Origin: Nitrospirota bacterium
GTDB lineage: Bacteria; Nitrospirota; UBA9217
Assembly: GCA_963740085.1 (NCBI GenBank)
Contig: CAVUCU010000001.1
Location: forward strand, 704,001 to 768,000
DNA: 64,000 nt
Reading direction: 5' to 3'
Position numbers and translations under genes: made by a program. The notes under the pieces are model-generated. The model saw only the letters and a program-made list of their open reading frames with translations. It had not been told where the DNA came from and did not search any database. Shown here piece after piece: positions 31,283 to 43,027 of the stretch; positions within the stretch are counted from its first letter, which is position 1, and every line of letters starts with the position of its first letter.

Positions 31283-31312
31283 ATTATAAAATATGAGTGC
31301 TCAATTGTCAAG
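31283..31312 (-). promoter_or_regulatory. Consensus sigma70 promoter with overlapping HAIR-like HspR operator
   Basis: TTGACA(31311-31306)-17-TATAAT(31288-31283); CTTGACA-N7-ACTCATA resembles HAIR CTTGAGT-N7-ACTCAAG. Confidence 0.75.
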
Positions 31313-31338
31313 CTTTTTGGCAAAAAAAATATGACTAT

Positions 31339-32043
31339 TCATTTCATCTCGTTTTTCAATTTATTTGCCAATATACTGGCTGCATATCCCACTTCAATGT
31401 CAATAAAGTCATTATTATGGTATACCCATGCCACTCCTTTGTCGTTTTTTATATTATCTACGACCCTTTGTACCTTTTTTTGATACTCATTGCTCCATAT
31501 ATTTTTTTTGCAAGCAACGGTCCACAATAGCCCGATCAGTTCCATCGCATAGATTCTCACCAGCGGGTTCGTGTCCACGAGAGATCTGATGATAACCTTT
31601 TGATAGCTTGCGATCAGCTCGGGGGAGATTTCTGCGATCCGCTTTAGGGCATACATCACTCCCGGCCTGAACGTCTGCTCTTCGATATCATAGACCTCGG
31701 CGATCAGAGGTATTATATCGGCAAAACCTTCGGGATCGGAGCTCACGATCTCACCCAGCAGTTCAGGCGCGGCCCAACCGATGCCGCCGGATTCATCGGA
31801 CAGAGACCACAGGAGTTTCCTCACGGCAATGCGCAGAAACTCGTGATTCTCTCCAGCAACAGCTTTTGCAACACTGCCTACCGCCTTTATCGCACGCCAT
31901 CCCACAAGCGTCTCCTTGTCATATGCCATGCGAATGAGCAGGCTCAACGTCTTTCTGTCTTTCTGAACGAGCGAAACGACATCATCCAGCTTATTCGCTT
32001 CGAGTGAGTGCAGAATGAGCTTTTTCATTTCAAGCTGGGTCAT
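31339..32043 (-). CDS. HEAT-repeat (DVU0298-like) protein
   Basis: RKLLWSLSDESGGIGWAAPELLGEI motif. Confidence 0.75.
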   Translation of the reverse strand: MTQLEMKKLILHSLEANKLDDVVSLVQKDRKTLSLLIRMAYDKETLVGWRAIKAVGSVAKAVAGENHEFLRIAVRKLLWSLSDESGGIGWAAPELLGEIVSSDPEGFADIIPLIAEVYDIEEQTFRPGVMYALKRIAEISPELIASYQKVIIRSLVDTNPLVRIYAMELIGLLWTVACKKNIWSNEYQKKVQRVVDNIKNDKGVAWVYHNNDFIDIEVGYAASILANKLKNEMK

Positions 32044-32216
32044 GGGATATTTTGGCCTGGCATCCTCTCTCATCGATAATAACCTGCTCAATGACTACGA
32101 TATCGGATTTTTGACTGCTCGTGAGTACTTATTATACCAGATGCTGGAGCTTGTGTTCCAGAATACCATTTACGCCCATGGCAAGCTCAACCAAATCCCA
32201 GCACTGCAGGACCCGT

Positions 32217-33388
32217 TCAAGCAAACTGCCCGGCAGCGTGCCCCGATGCCCAGGCCCAGTGGAGATTGTAGCCGCCGAGCAATCCGGTCACGTCAACCAC
32301 TTCTCCGATGAAATAGAGACCGGACCTCTTCTTTGCCTCCATGGTCTTTGAGGAAAGCTCATCCGTATTCACACCGCCTGCAGTCACCTCCGCAACATCA
32401 TACCCTTCGGTCCCTTGGGAATGATCCTCCATGCATGAAGTCCTTCCGCTATCTCCTTCAGCTCTTTATCAGAACATTGATTGATCGGTTTTGATATGAA
32501 CAGGTGATCGCACCAGGTCTGAACGAACCGCCTGGGGAAATATCCTGCGAGAAAGTTACGCATCTCCATCTTGCTCTGCCGCGCGGACAGAAAGACTCCG
32601 TGGATATCCAATGCGGGGAGGAGATCGATCAACACCGGCTCACCATGCTCACGGTAAAGCGACGCCTGGAGCGCAGCAGGTCCGCTCAGTCCCCGGTGAG
32701 TGAATAGGATGTTCCCGCGAAACGTTCTTCTGCCGACGGAAACAGCGGCGTCAAAGGCAATGCCTGCCAGTCCCTTGAAGACCTTTTGGTCCCGGCCCTG
32801 GAACACGAAGGGAACGAGCGCCGGCCTGACCTGCGTGACCTTGAGCTTGAACTTCCTTGCCACATCATGTCCGAATCCGCTCGCCCCCAGTCTGGAACAG
32901 GAAAGCCCTCCCGTAGCAATGACCAGCGAGTCCGATGAGAATATTCCCTCGCTCGTGGTGACGGTGAACACCCCTGCATGGCTGACATCCGATATGCGGC
33001 ACATGAGCCGTATCTCCACACCCGCCTGACCACACTCCTGTTCGAGAGCGGTAATGATCTCCCGGGAGCTCTTGACGCAGAACATCTGGCCCGCCTCTTT
33101 TTCGTAGTAGGCGATATGGTATTTTTCGACAAGAGAGAGGATATCGCGGGGCGTAAAGCGAGCAAGTGCCGACCTGCAAAAGTGGGCGTTCTGGGAAAGA
33201 TAGTGGTCAGGGGTGACGTTCAGGTTCGTGAAATTGCAGCGGCCACCGCCGGAGACGCGTATCTTGGAGCCTGTTTTTTCTGCGTGGTCGATCACCAGAA
33301 CGGACCGGCCGCGCTTGCCGCATTCGATAGCGCACAAGAGACCCGATGCTCCGGCGCCGATGATGATGACGTCTTTTTTCATTTGCAT
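32217..33388 (-). pseudogene. HI0933/YhiN-family NAD(P)/FAD oxidoreductase, frameshifted near 32415 (possibly a sequencing error)
   Basis: GAGASG, SGGGRCNFTN, FTHRGLSGPA; C-terminus (AEVTAGGV...GGYNLHWAWASG) lies in another frame. Confidence 0.85.
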
Positions 33389-33454
33389 AGAATTACCGGT
33401 TATCACCGTTCTTCCGGTGGGGAAATCGGCTGTTCAACGATACTGTCGAGACCA

Positions 33455-33512
33455 TAGGGGCGGTATACTGTGGCCGTCAGAATAATGGGCAACCACGGCG
33501 GGTTGCCCCACA
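33455..33512. repeat. REP-like palindrome
   Basis: TAGGGGCGG ... GGGCAACCACGGCGGGTTGCCCC hairpin. Confidence 0.5.
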
Positions 33513-33702
33513 AATTACAATTCAGGATATCATCAATTATACGCAATGACAAGAAATTATGAAACGCGTCTCAACACAGAATTCGTAGCAAGTCCATCCT
33601 CTTTTTGCTATAGTTCCAGTATAACCTTCAAAGAGAGGTCAATATTATTCGCAACAAATGACTACACAGGTCTTGACGTCAGCATGACAGAGGAGGTTGT
33701 CG

Positions 33703-35407
33703 ATGGAAGCAGTCCCGTCATATTCCGATCATCCCTGGATCCGTTTCTATGAAGAGGGAGTTCCTGCGCACCTGGAGTACCCCAATATCACCGTGGGAGA
33801 GGTCCTGTCCCGCACCGTGTCGAAGTTTCCGGACCATACCGCGCTCCTCTTCTTCGGGAAAAAGATATCCTATGAACAGCTTGATGCGCTCGTGAACAGG
33901 TTCGCCCATGCGCTCGCCGGGCTTGGAGTAAAAAAGGGAGACCGGGTGGCGCTCATGCTCCCGAACATCCCGCAGATGGTCATCGCCTATTACGGGACGC
34001 TCAGGATGGGCGCCATTGCCGTTGCCACCAATCCCCTCTACCATGAGCACGAGCTCGAAGTACAGCTCAGGGACAGCGGAGCCGAGACGCTCGTGGCCGT
34101 GGACATGTTCTACCCCGTAATTTCCGGCGCCCTTCCTAAAACGAGCGTAAAACGACTCATCCTCTGCGGCATCAAGGACTATCTGCCCTTCCCGCTTAAT
34201 CTGCTCTATCCGATCAAGGCGAAGATCGAAAAGCAGTGGGTGAGCGTAAAGCGGGTGCCGCCGATCTTTGACTTTTTATCGCTGGTCAGCAAGGCCCCGG
34301 CAACTCCGGTCCTAATCACGTTATCTCCCGATGACACAGCAATTTTACAATATACAGGAGGCACGACCGGTACGCCCAAGGGTGCGATCCTTACGCATCG
34401 AAACCTCGTTGCCAATGCCGTGCATAACAGGGTCTGGCTCACACGCGGTAAGGAGGGCGAGGAGAGGATCCTGGCCGTCATCCCCTTTTTCCATGTGTAC
34501 GGCATGACCACTGCCATGAATCTCGGGGTGCTCATGGGCGCCGAACTGATCCTCCTCCCCAAGTTCCACACCAGGGAGGTGCTCACGTTCATCAACAAAT
34601 ATCGGCCCACGATCTTCCCGGGGATCCAGGCCATGTACCTGGCGATCAGCAACTACCCGAAAATCAAGAAGTACGACCTCACTTCGATCAAGGCCGCGAT
34701 CAGCGGCGCGGGCCCGCTCATGCACGAGGTGCAGGAACGGTTCGAGCAGCTGACCAAGGCCCGGATCGTAGAAGGCTACGGCCTGTCCGAGGCCTCCCCC
34801 GTCACCCACTGCAATCCCGTTTTCGGCAAGCGCAAGCCGGGAAGCATCGGCCTGCCGTTTCCGGACATGGAGGCAAAAATCGTGGACATCGAGACCGGTG
34901 AAAAAGAAGTGCCGGTGGGCGAGACCGGGGAGCTGGTGGTCAAAGGCCCGCAGGTCATGAAAGGCTACTGGAACAAACCTGACGAAACAGCCCACGCCCT
35001 CCGTGGAGGATGGCTTCACACCGGCGACATCGCGAAAATGGACGAAGACGGTTTTTTCTATATAGTGGACAGGATCAAGGACATGATCAAGACCGTGGGC
35101 GAAAACGTCTATCCCCGGGAGATCGAGGAGGTCCTGTTCATGCACCCCAAGGTAAAGGACGCCGTCGTTGTGGGCATTCCTCACGAGGAGTTCCTCGGTG
35201 AGAAGATCAAGGCATACATCGTGCTCAAAGACGGGAGAGACGGCCACTGCGGAGGAGATCATCCAGTTCTGCAGGGAACAGCTCTCGAAATTCAAGGTCC
35301 CGAAGGAAGTAGAGTTCCGGGACCAGCTGCCGAAGACACTCGTGGGCAAGGTGCTGCGGAGGATACTCAGGGATGAGGAGATGAAGAAACTGGAGACTAA
35401 ACAGTAG
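33703..35407 (+). pseudogene. fadD: Long-chain fatty acid-CoA ligase, frameshifted near 35235 (possibly a sequencing error)
   Basis: YTGGTTGTPKG, EGYGLSE, WLHTGD; the last ~57 aa ([12 protein letters not shown]) lie in another frame after an extra G. Confidence 0.88.
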
Positions 35408-35482
35408 AACGAGTTCAGCGCAGGTAGCAAGGAGAGTAAATTCGGTTTACATTTCTGATAGTATCTTACAAAGGTATGTTTT

Positions 35483-35560
35483 ACCGAGGAGACGCGGAGG
35501 CACAGAGAAAAGCTCTTTGATTTAGCCATGTTCTTCTCGGCGTCTCAGCGCCTCAACGGT
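35483..35560. repeat. Intergenic palindrome with 8-mer arms
   Basis: ACCGAGGAGACGCGGAGGCACAGAG ... TCTCGGCGTCTCAGCGCCTCAACGGT. Confidence 0.7.
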
Positions 35561-35584
35561 GGATTTTTAGTTTCTTAGCACAAA

Positions 35585-36502
35585 TTATTTTTGAAGCTTT
35601 GCCGTCAAAGCAGGAACGAACTGCATCACATCGGCCACCACCAGCACGTCCGCCACCTCGCCGATGGGAGCGTCCTTGTCCTTGTTGATCGCAACCACGA
35701 ACTCCGATTTCTTCATCCCTGCCACGTGCTGAATTGCCCCGGAAATGCCGCACGCCACGTAGAGCTTCGGCGCCACGATCTGACCGGTGGTTCCGACCTG
35801 ACGGCTGTGCTCGAGCCATCCCGCATCGACCACCGGCCGGCTTGCCCCCAGCTCCCCCCCAAGTGCCTTGGCCAGCGCTGCGATGATCGCCACATTTTCT
35901 TTTTTCCCGATCCCCCGGCCGGCGCTGACGATCACCTCTGCCCGTGCCAGGTCCACTTCCTTTTTCTGCGCAGGTTCATAGCCGACGAACTCCAGGGGGG
36001 AAACCGCATCGTCCAGATCGATCTTTTCCACCTGCGCCTTCCCCTGCGGTTCCCCGGCAGCATTGAAGGCCCCTTCTTGAATGGTGAGAACCATCTTTCC
36101 CGTAGCAAGGGTGATGGTCCGCCGCAGCTTGGCATTGCAGAGACCCACTTCGAATTTTCCGTCCTTGATGCCCGTGATCTCGGAAACCTGTCCGGCCTTT
36201 AGGACCGCCGCCACTCGCGGGGCCAGGTCCCAGCCATAAGAGGAATGGAGGAAGACGACCGCGTCGGGGTTCTCCCTCTTAACCGCTTCCAGCACGATCC
36301 TTTTGTGCAGGTCCGGGTTGTATTCACCGTACTTCTCCGCATCAGCCACGTAAACTTTCGCGTTGACCCGGGGGGCTGCCGCTTCCTTCCCGATCAGGAC
36401 CATTACCTTGTCGGCGCCCAGCTTATCGGCAAAGACCGTCAGTTCATAGCTGGAATCGAGAAGTTTTCCTTCCCGGTATTCGCAAACGAGCAGTGCTTTC
36501 AT
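35585..36502 (-). CDS. etfA: Electron transfer flavoprotein alpha subunit
   Basis: SAGRG, GASRPVVD, QVGTTG, GISGAIQH, AINKD. Confidence 0.95.
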   Translation of the reverse strand: MKALLVCEYREGKLLDSSYELTVFADKLGADKVMVLIGKEAAAPRVNAKVYVADAEKYGEYNPDLHKRIVLEAVKRENPDAVVFLHSSYGWDLAPRVAAVLKAGQVSEITGIKDGKFEVGLCNAKLRRTITLATGKMVLTIQEGAFNAAGEPQGKAQVEKIDLDDAVSPLEFVGYEPAQKKEVDLARAEVIVSAGRGIGKKENVAIIAALAKALGGELGASRPVVDAGWLEHSRQVGTTGQIVAPKLYVACGISGAIQHVAGMKKSEFVVAINKDKDAPIGEVADVLVVADVMQFVPALTAKLQK

Positions 36503-36556
36503 GTCTGATCCTCCTAATCTTGACAAACCGGAACTAAGAAACCAAAAACATATCAA

Positions 36557-36647
36557 CCACGGATGCACACGGATGAACACGGATAAGAATCAAGTTTATG
36601 TTATCTTATTTGTTTTCAATCGAGTGTCTATCTGTGTTAATCCGTGG
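36557..36647. repeat. Intergenic palindrome with ACACGGAT arms
   Basis: CCACGGATGCACACGGATGAACACGGAT ... ATCTGTGTTAATCCGTGG. Confidence 0.8.
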
Positions 36648-36682
36648 CAAAAATTCTTTTCATTTCTTTTTGAGCATAGTTA

Positions 36683-37460
36683 CTATCTCACAACCTTGGT
36701 TTTCTCCTTCAAAATACCAATGAGCCTGCCGACCATATCGTTCACATCCCCTTCCAGGACAAGCGCCGCTCCCCTTCTTCGCCGGCGGATACGCGCTGGC
36801 GGTGGAAATCAGTTCTTTCTCCTTAAGGAAGTCGGCGATGGGGAAAGCGATGAGCTCCTTCTTTTTAGCCTTCATGATATTGGGAAGGGTCGGATAGCGG
36901 GGCGTATTCAGTCCGAGCTGACAGGTGAACAACGCCGGCGGTCTGAGCTTCACGACCGCTTTCACACCCCCTTCAAGTTCGCGCTTCGCGGTGATGCCGG
37001 CATCGGCATAGACAAATCCGATCATGGTAGTGACGCAGGGGATGCCAAGGAATTCGGCTACGAAGACCCCGACCTGGGCAGAGCCCCGGTCCTGAGACTG
37101 CATACCGGTGAAGATCAGGTCAAAGTTCTTATTGCGGGCAAAGCCAGCGATGGTCGAAGCGATCTGCCAGGGATCTTTCCGAAAGGACGCATTGTCCTGA
37201 ATGTGGACGCCGCGGTCACATCCCATGGCCAGGGCCTTCTTGATCATTTCGACGATCCGGTCAGGGCCGATGGAGAGGACCGTAATATCCGGCGTGTTGC
37301 CCAGCTGCTCCTTGAGCTGCACCGCCTGCTCAACGGCATACTCGTCATACTCGTTCATCCTGAAGGCAAGGTCGGTCTCGTCATACCAGGTCCCTTCCCC
37401 GTTGACCTTGAACCGGGATGCCATATCAGGCACCTGCTTGATGCAGACCAGTATCTTCAT
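36683..37460 (-). CDS. etfB: Electron transfer flavoprotein beta subunit (frameshift near 36765 in the C-terminus)
   Basis: CIKQVPD, DEYAVE, ALAMG, PRYP; true tail LVLEGD...KEKTKVVR* lies in another frame. Confidence 0.9.
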
Positions 37461-37503
37461 CACATTCCTCCTCATCATGATAAATCGGAAACAAAATCAT
37501 TGA

Positions 37504-37632
37504 ACCGCGAAGGCGCGAAGAACGCGAAGGAAGGTCTAAAGATTCTTCGTGGTTTAAAACAAGAATTAAAGATTTTCTTCGCGTGATTCCCTAAGTGGCC
37601 GCTTTTCTTTCATACTATTGCGCCTTCGCGGT
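37504..37632. repeat. Intergenic palindrome with CGCGAAG arms
   Basis: 13-bp perfect IR ACCGCGAAGGCGC / GCGCCTTCGCGGT. Confidence 0.8.
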
Positions 37633-37651
37633 AAATTTCTTTTTTGAGCAA

Positions 37652-39647
37652 TTACTCTTTCGTTACAATCCTTGCCGCCACGATCTCGGCCAGATCAAGC
37701 GCCTTCAGTTTTTCCTCGCAGTTATTGATCTTTATCCCATCCTCGAACATGGTGAGGCAGAATGGACAGTTGGAGACAAGAAGCGGGGCCCCCGTTGCCT
37801 GAGCCATGGTTACCCTTGCTGCACTGATCCTCGTCCCCAGCTTCTCTTCAGCCAGGATCCTGCCGCCGCCTCCGCCACAGCAGAAACTCTCATACCCTGA
37901 CTTTTCCATCTCCGTGATCCTGCCGCCCGCCGCCTTGAGCACGGCGCGCGGCTCGGTGGTGATATCCATGTAGCGTCCAATGTAGCAGGAGTCGTGGTAG
38001 GTGAACTCAAAAGGCGCTGGTTTTATTTTGAGCCTGTTGCTGTTGATAAGCCCGTTGATATACGTGGTGTAGTGCTCGACATCGATCTCCAGCCCCAGGT
38101 CTTTGTAATCTCTCGCGAGTGTATTAAAACAATGGGGGCAGGTGGTGACGATTTTCTTGACACCGTACGACTTGATCCGCTCGATGTTCGCGGCGGCCAT
38201 TGTCTGGTAGAGATATTCGTTCCCCAGCTTCCTTGGCGGCTCGCCGCAGCATTTCTCCTCTTTGCCGAGGATGCCGACCCGGATGCCCGCGGCGTTGCAG
38301 AGAGTAATGAAGCTCCGGGCAACATCACGGTTTCTCTTGTCAAAAGAAGCGTAACAGCCAACGAAGTAGAGGATATCCACGTCGCGGTCCTGCTCCATGA
38401 TCTTCACATCGAGCCCAGTAGTCCATTCGCCCCGGACAGCGTACGCAATTCCGAAAGGATTGCCGTTCACCTCTACATCATTGATTGCTGTCTTCACCTC
38501 GTCACCGGGGAAGATCCCACGCATGAGTGAAAGGTCCCTGCGCATCTCGAGAATTTTATTCACGTGCTCGATATTTGCCGGGCAGATGTGCTGGCAGGCG
38601 AAGCAGGTAGTACACGCCCAGAGCACGTCCTCCTTCACGGTTTCGATCAGGTCTGACCCGGGTCTGGTGAAGGCCACCTCGCCGATCTGCTTCACTACTT
38701 TCATGGGAGACAGGGGTTTGCCCGTTGCATAGGCCGGGCAGCGTTCCTGACAGCGCTTGCAGGTGGTGCAGGCGTCGGCATCGAAAATGTCCTTCCACGT
38801 AAGATCGGATACCTTTGCCGCCCCGAACTGTTTGGCGCCCTCGTCTTCCAGGTTGATGGTGGCGATACTCCCCCTGGCTCGACAGGTCGGTGAACAGGTA
38901 GTTGGTAGAGGTGGTGAAGATGTGGCGAAGCTTGGTGAAGGGGATAATGCCAATGAAGCCCATGCTCAGGAAAAAATGGGTCCACCAGAGCTATCCTGTG
39001 GGTACGGAACAGCACCTCGGCTGTCATGTCGAGAAAGAATAGCTTCCCGATGAGCGCGCCGACGGGAGAGAAGATTGCCAGATCGAGATTGTTCCTGAGC
39101 TCGGTATCGGCCATGCGCAGACCTTCGACGACAAAGCCGGTCACAGGATGCAAAACAGCAGCGCGTGTATTATATAGTCATCACTGATGGTCTCCAACCC
39201 TTCCGGTTTTACCAGAAAGCGGCGGACGAGAAGCCCTCCCAGCATGATCAGCGCGACAAAGCCGGCCACATCGAGAATGAAGGAAAATAACTTATAAAAG
39301 GTCCCTTTGAGGAACATCCACCCGAAGATCGGTTGGGTGAAATCGACCTGGGCCATGATGAGAAGCGTGCCGATGAAGAGGATGCCGAAGCCCCAGAACA
39401 AGAGGGCGTGTATTGAGCCGGGGCCGAATACCCGAAGCACCTGTGCCTGTGCAAATATGTTTTTCAGAAGCAGAAAGATCCGTTCCCGAAGGCGGTCGAG
39501 CCTGTTCAGCGCCTTTCCCAGGTTATAAGTAGAAAAGCGGCGGTAAAATCCATACAGAAACACCCCGATGGCAACAAAGGCAAAAAAGTACATCGGCACT
39601 ATGACCCCATGCCCGACGTTCCAGTATATTTCCCGCGTGGCTTCCAT
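37652..39647 (-). pseudogene. Membrane-bound Fe-S oxidoreductase (FadF/HdrD-like, CCG domains), several frameshifts at 38880-39140
   Basis: N-terminal TM helices; CTTCKRCQ, CTTCFAC, CCG, CPHC, YHDSC, CCGGGGG; split over several ORFs. Confidence 0.85.
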
Positions 39648-39687
39648 GACGTGCTCCTATTGACTGATTCTTAAGAAGTCAAAATCT

Positions 39688-39767
39688 ACCACGGAGACAC
39701 AGAGACACGGAGTACGACATCTTGAAATTAAATCTTTTCCACCCTGTGCTCTCCGTGACTCAGTGGT
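39688..39767. repeat. Intergenic palindrome with 8-mer arms
   Basis: ACCACGGAGACACAGAGACACGGAG ... CTGTGCTCTCCGTGACTCAGTGGT. Confidence 0.8.
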
Positions 39768-39804
39768 TAAACTTGCTTCTTTACGAAATTTTCCTGCGCA
39801 GTTG

Positions 39805-41583
39805 TTAAAAAATATATTTCTCCGCCTCAATAGCGGCGTTAGCCAGCAGACGCTTCTCGCGGAGAAGCCCGGTGGCATCGTATTTGGTGAACCGTCTGAT
39901 CCCGTTGAGCAGCACGGTCAGGTTGTCTCCCTCTTCGATGAAGTAGGCCGCCTTGCGCGCTGCGGTGGCGGTCTGCTCGGCGGCGTTGAACGTAAAGACC
40001 TTCACCGCAGCCGTAACAACCGCCTTTTTAGCATCGCTCAATGCAGGAAGGATCTTCTCAGCGCGCAGGACAGCGCTCTCGATGGCGAAGATATTGATGG
40101 CGACATCGGCGATGGCCAGGAGGACCTCCTGCTCGTCCTTGATGGTGGTCATGAATTTTTGAGCCCCGCTCCCCGCGATCACCAGGAAGATCTTTTTCAA
40201 ATTCGCAAGGAGCGTCTTTTCCGCGGCAAAGGGGCCACTATCTCCGGACTCATCGAAAGAGGGGGTCATGAGCGACTCGAGCGCCTTCATCGCCTCGCGC
40301 TGCAACGGGATCTCCCCTTTCATGGTCCGCGTCAGGATCATGCCCGGGATCAGGAGACGGTTGATCTCGTTCGTCCCCTCGAAGATCCGGTTGATCCGTT
40401 CATCTCGGTAGAACCTTTCGGCCGGGTAGTCCTGGATGAAGCCGTAGCCGCCGTGGATCTGCACTACCTCGTCCACCACGTCGGCAAGGACTTCACTGCA
40501 GAACACCTTGGCAATGGCGCACTCGATGGCATACTCCTCTATCCCCTTCTGGTAGACTTCGTAGTAGTTGGGGGTGTCTTTTGCGATGGTGGCGAGTCGG
40601 TTGTCGATCATACCCGCCAGGCGATAGACAAGCGATTCCGAGGCGAAGATCGCGGCCGTCTGATCGGCTATCTTCTCTTTGATCGCCCCGAAGCTGGCAA
40701 TGGCGACGCCGAACTGCTTCCTGACAACAGCGTATTTGATCCCTTCGCCAAGGGCGTGCTTGGCGGCCCCGGTCACGCCCGCACCCAGCTTGAAACGGCC
40801 GACGTCCAGGACGTTGAAGGCTATCTTGTGCCCCTTGCCGATCGTGCCGAGCAGGTTTTCCACCGGCACCCTGGCATTCTCGAGAACGATCTGCGTGGTG
40901 GAGGTACCCCTGATCCCAAGCTTTTTCTCCTCCGGTCCCACCGACAACCCCTCGGTGGTCCGTTCCACGAGAAACGCGGTGAAGTGCTCCTTGTCGATCT
41001 TGGCAAAGATCGTATAGAGGTTGGCGAAGCTGCCGTTGGTGATGAACTGCTTCGTGCCGTTGAGGAGATAGAATTTTCCATCTTCAGAGAGGGTGGCCGA
41101 GGCCTTTGCCCCGAGGGCGTCGCTCCCCGAGTCCGGCTCGGTCAGACAGTAGGCAGCGACCCATTCACCGCTGATGATCTTCCTCAGGTATTTTTCCTTT
41201 TGCTCTTTGGTCCCGTAATAGACGAGCGGGAGCGTACCGATGCCGGTATGGGCCGAGTAGGTGACGGAAAAAGAACCGGAGGTCGAGATCTTCTCGGCCG
41301 CCAGCATGCTGGTCGCCTTGTCGAGTTCGAGACCGCCATACTCCTCCGGGGCATCGATCATGAGAAGCCCAAGCTCGCCGCACCTTTTCATCAACTGGAC
41401 CACCAGGTCGAAATTGTGTTTCTCGATCTCCTCCTGCCGTGGAACGACCTCGTTCAGGACGAACTGCTCAGTGGTCTCGCCGATCTGTTTCTGCTCGTCG
41501 GTGAAATCCTCGGGTGTAAAGATATCGTCCTTGGTCACCTCGGTGATCAGGTACTCGGCCCCTTTGAAAAGTTTCGCGGCCAT
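39805..41583 (-). CDS. Acyl-CoA dehydrogenase (long, FadE/VLCAD-like)
   Basis: PEEYGG, YCLTEP.SGSD, NGTKQFITN, QIHGGYG, IFEGTNEI. Confidence 0.95.
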   Translation of the reverse strand: MAAKLFKGAEYLITEVTKDDIFTPEDFTDEQKQIGETTEQFVLNEVVPRQEEIEKHNFDLVVQLMKRCGELGLLMIDAPEEYGGLELDKATSMLAAEKISTSGSFSVTYSAHTGIGTLPLVYYGTKEQKEKYLRKIISGEWVAAYCLTEPDSGSDALGAKASATLSEDGKFYLLNGTKQFITNGSFANLYTIFAKIDKEHFTAFLVERTTEGLSVGPEEKKLGIRGTSTTQIVLENARVPVENLLGTIGKGHKIAFNVLDVGRFKLGAGVTGAAKHALGEGIKYAVVRKQFGVAIASFGAIKEKIADQTAAIFASESLVYRLAGMIDNRLATIAKDTPNYYEVYQKGIEEYAIECAIAKVFCSEVLADVVDEVVQIHGGYGFIQDYPAERFYRDERINRIFEGTNEINRLLIPGMILTRTMKGEIPLQREAMKALESLMTPSFDESGDSGPFAAEKTLLANLKKIFLVIAGSGAQKFMTTIKDEQEVLLAIADVAINIFAIESAVLRAEKILPALSDAKKAVVTAAVKVFTFNAAEQTATAARKAAYFIEEGDNLTVLLNGIRRFTKYDATGLLREKRLLANAAIEAEKYIF

Positions 41584-41645
41584 GGGATTCACCTCGTCCT
41601 GTTTTTAAGACTACTCAGGTCAAACGTAACAACAAAATTAATTTT

Positions 41646-41773
41646 ACCGCGAAGGCGCGAACGAGAATCTTGTAAGGTTTGAAATAACGCAAAAAACCTT
41701 TTTTGTTCTTGACGTCCTTCACGACCTTGGCGGATTCCTAAGTGGCCGCTTTTCTTTCATAGGCCATCGCGGT
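41646..41773. repeat. Intergenic palindrome related to 37504-37632
   Basis: ACCGCGAAGGCGCGAA ... TCGCGGT; shares 25 identical bp with 37590-37614. Confidence 0.8.
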
Positions 41774-41808
41774 TCAAAGATTTTGGATCTGGCTAGCGTG
41801 GTTATATC

Positions 41809-42983
41809 TTACATCTTCTCAAAGATCCCCGCCGCCCCCATGCCGCCGCCGATGCACATGGAGACCATGCCGTAGCGGACATTGATGCGCTGCATCTCAT
41901 GGAGAAGGGTTGCGGTAAGTTTGGCGCCGGTGCAACCAAGGGGATGCCCCAGGGCTATGGCGCCGCCATTCACATTGATCCGTGCCGGATTCAAACCGAG
42001 GACCCGGATGCAGGCGAGAGACTGGGCGGCAAAGGCCTCGTTTAGCTCGATGAGGCCGATGTCATCCTGCTTCAGGCCGGCGAGTTTCAGGGCGGCCGGG
42101 ACTGCCTCGATCGGGCCGATCCCCATGATCTCCGGCGGCACTCCTTTAACGGCAAAGCAGACGAACCGGGCCAAAGGGGATTTGCCGCTCTTCTTCAGAA
42201 ATTCTTCGGAGACGACCATCGCCGCCGCGGCCCCGTCGGTCATCTGCGAAGAGTTGCCGGCCGTGACCGTACCGTTCACCTTAAAAGCGGGTTTCAACTT
42301 TGCCAGGATTTCAGGCGTCGTATCCCCCCGTACCCCGTCATCGATGCTGATGAATTTTTTCTCTCTCTGTATCTTGTTGTTGACCAGGACGCAGTTCTCA
42401 ACCTCGACAGGGATGATCTCCTCCCGAAACTTACCCTGCTCGATGGCGGCCGCGGCCTTGACATGGCTCGCCGCTGCAAAAACGTCCTGGTCTTCCCGGG
42501 AGATATCGATATTTGTCCGCCACCAGTTCGGCGGTGATCCCCATGGTCGCGAACGATTCCGGCCAGGAGGCCCCCAGGGAGGGATTAGCGCTGTACTTGT
42601 TCCCCCCCATCGGGATCATGGTCATACTCTCGGCGCCGCCCGCGATGATGCAGTCGGCAAAACCCGCCATGATCCGCTCTGCGGCCGAGGCGATGGTCTG
42701 CAGTCCGGACGAGCAGAAGCGGTTGACGGTCTGGGCCGGCACCTGGTAAGGGATCCCGGCCCTCAACGCCGCGACCCGCGCCATGTTCATTCCCTGCTCC
42801 CCTTCGGGGAAGGAGCACCCCATGATGACGTCCTCAACCAGCAGCGGGTCGATGGCCGTTCTCTCCAGCAGCCCTTTCAGAGCAGCCGCTGCCAGATCGT
42901 CGGGCCTGCACATCCTTTAATTTTCCCTTATTCGCCTTGCCGCTGGGAGTACGGTAGGCGGCCAGGATATATGCGTTTCTCAT
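41809..42983 (-). pseudogene. fadA: Acetyl-CoA C-acyltransferase (thiolase), about three frameshifts
   Basis: [28 protein letters not shown] distributed over successive frames. Confidence 0.88.
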
Positions 42984-43027
42984 CGATATCCTCCGTTGTT
43001 TATGTATCTCGAAAACGTCAATTGATC

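Noticed and set aside
39763-41682. 639-aa plus-strand ORF
   Set aside because: Antisense shadow of the acyl-CoA dehydrogenase; no motifs. The same applies to 10450-11601, 11711-12835, 49553-50818, 58566-59924 and 62881-63954
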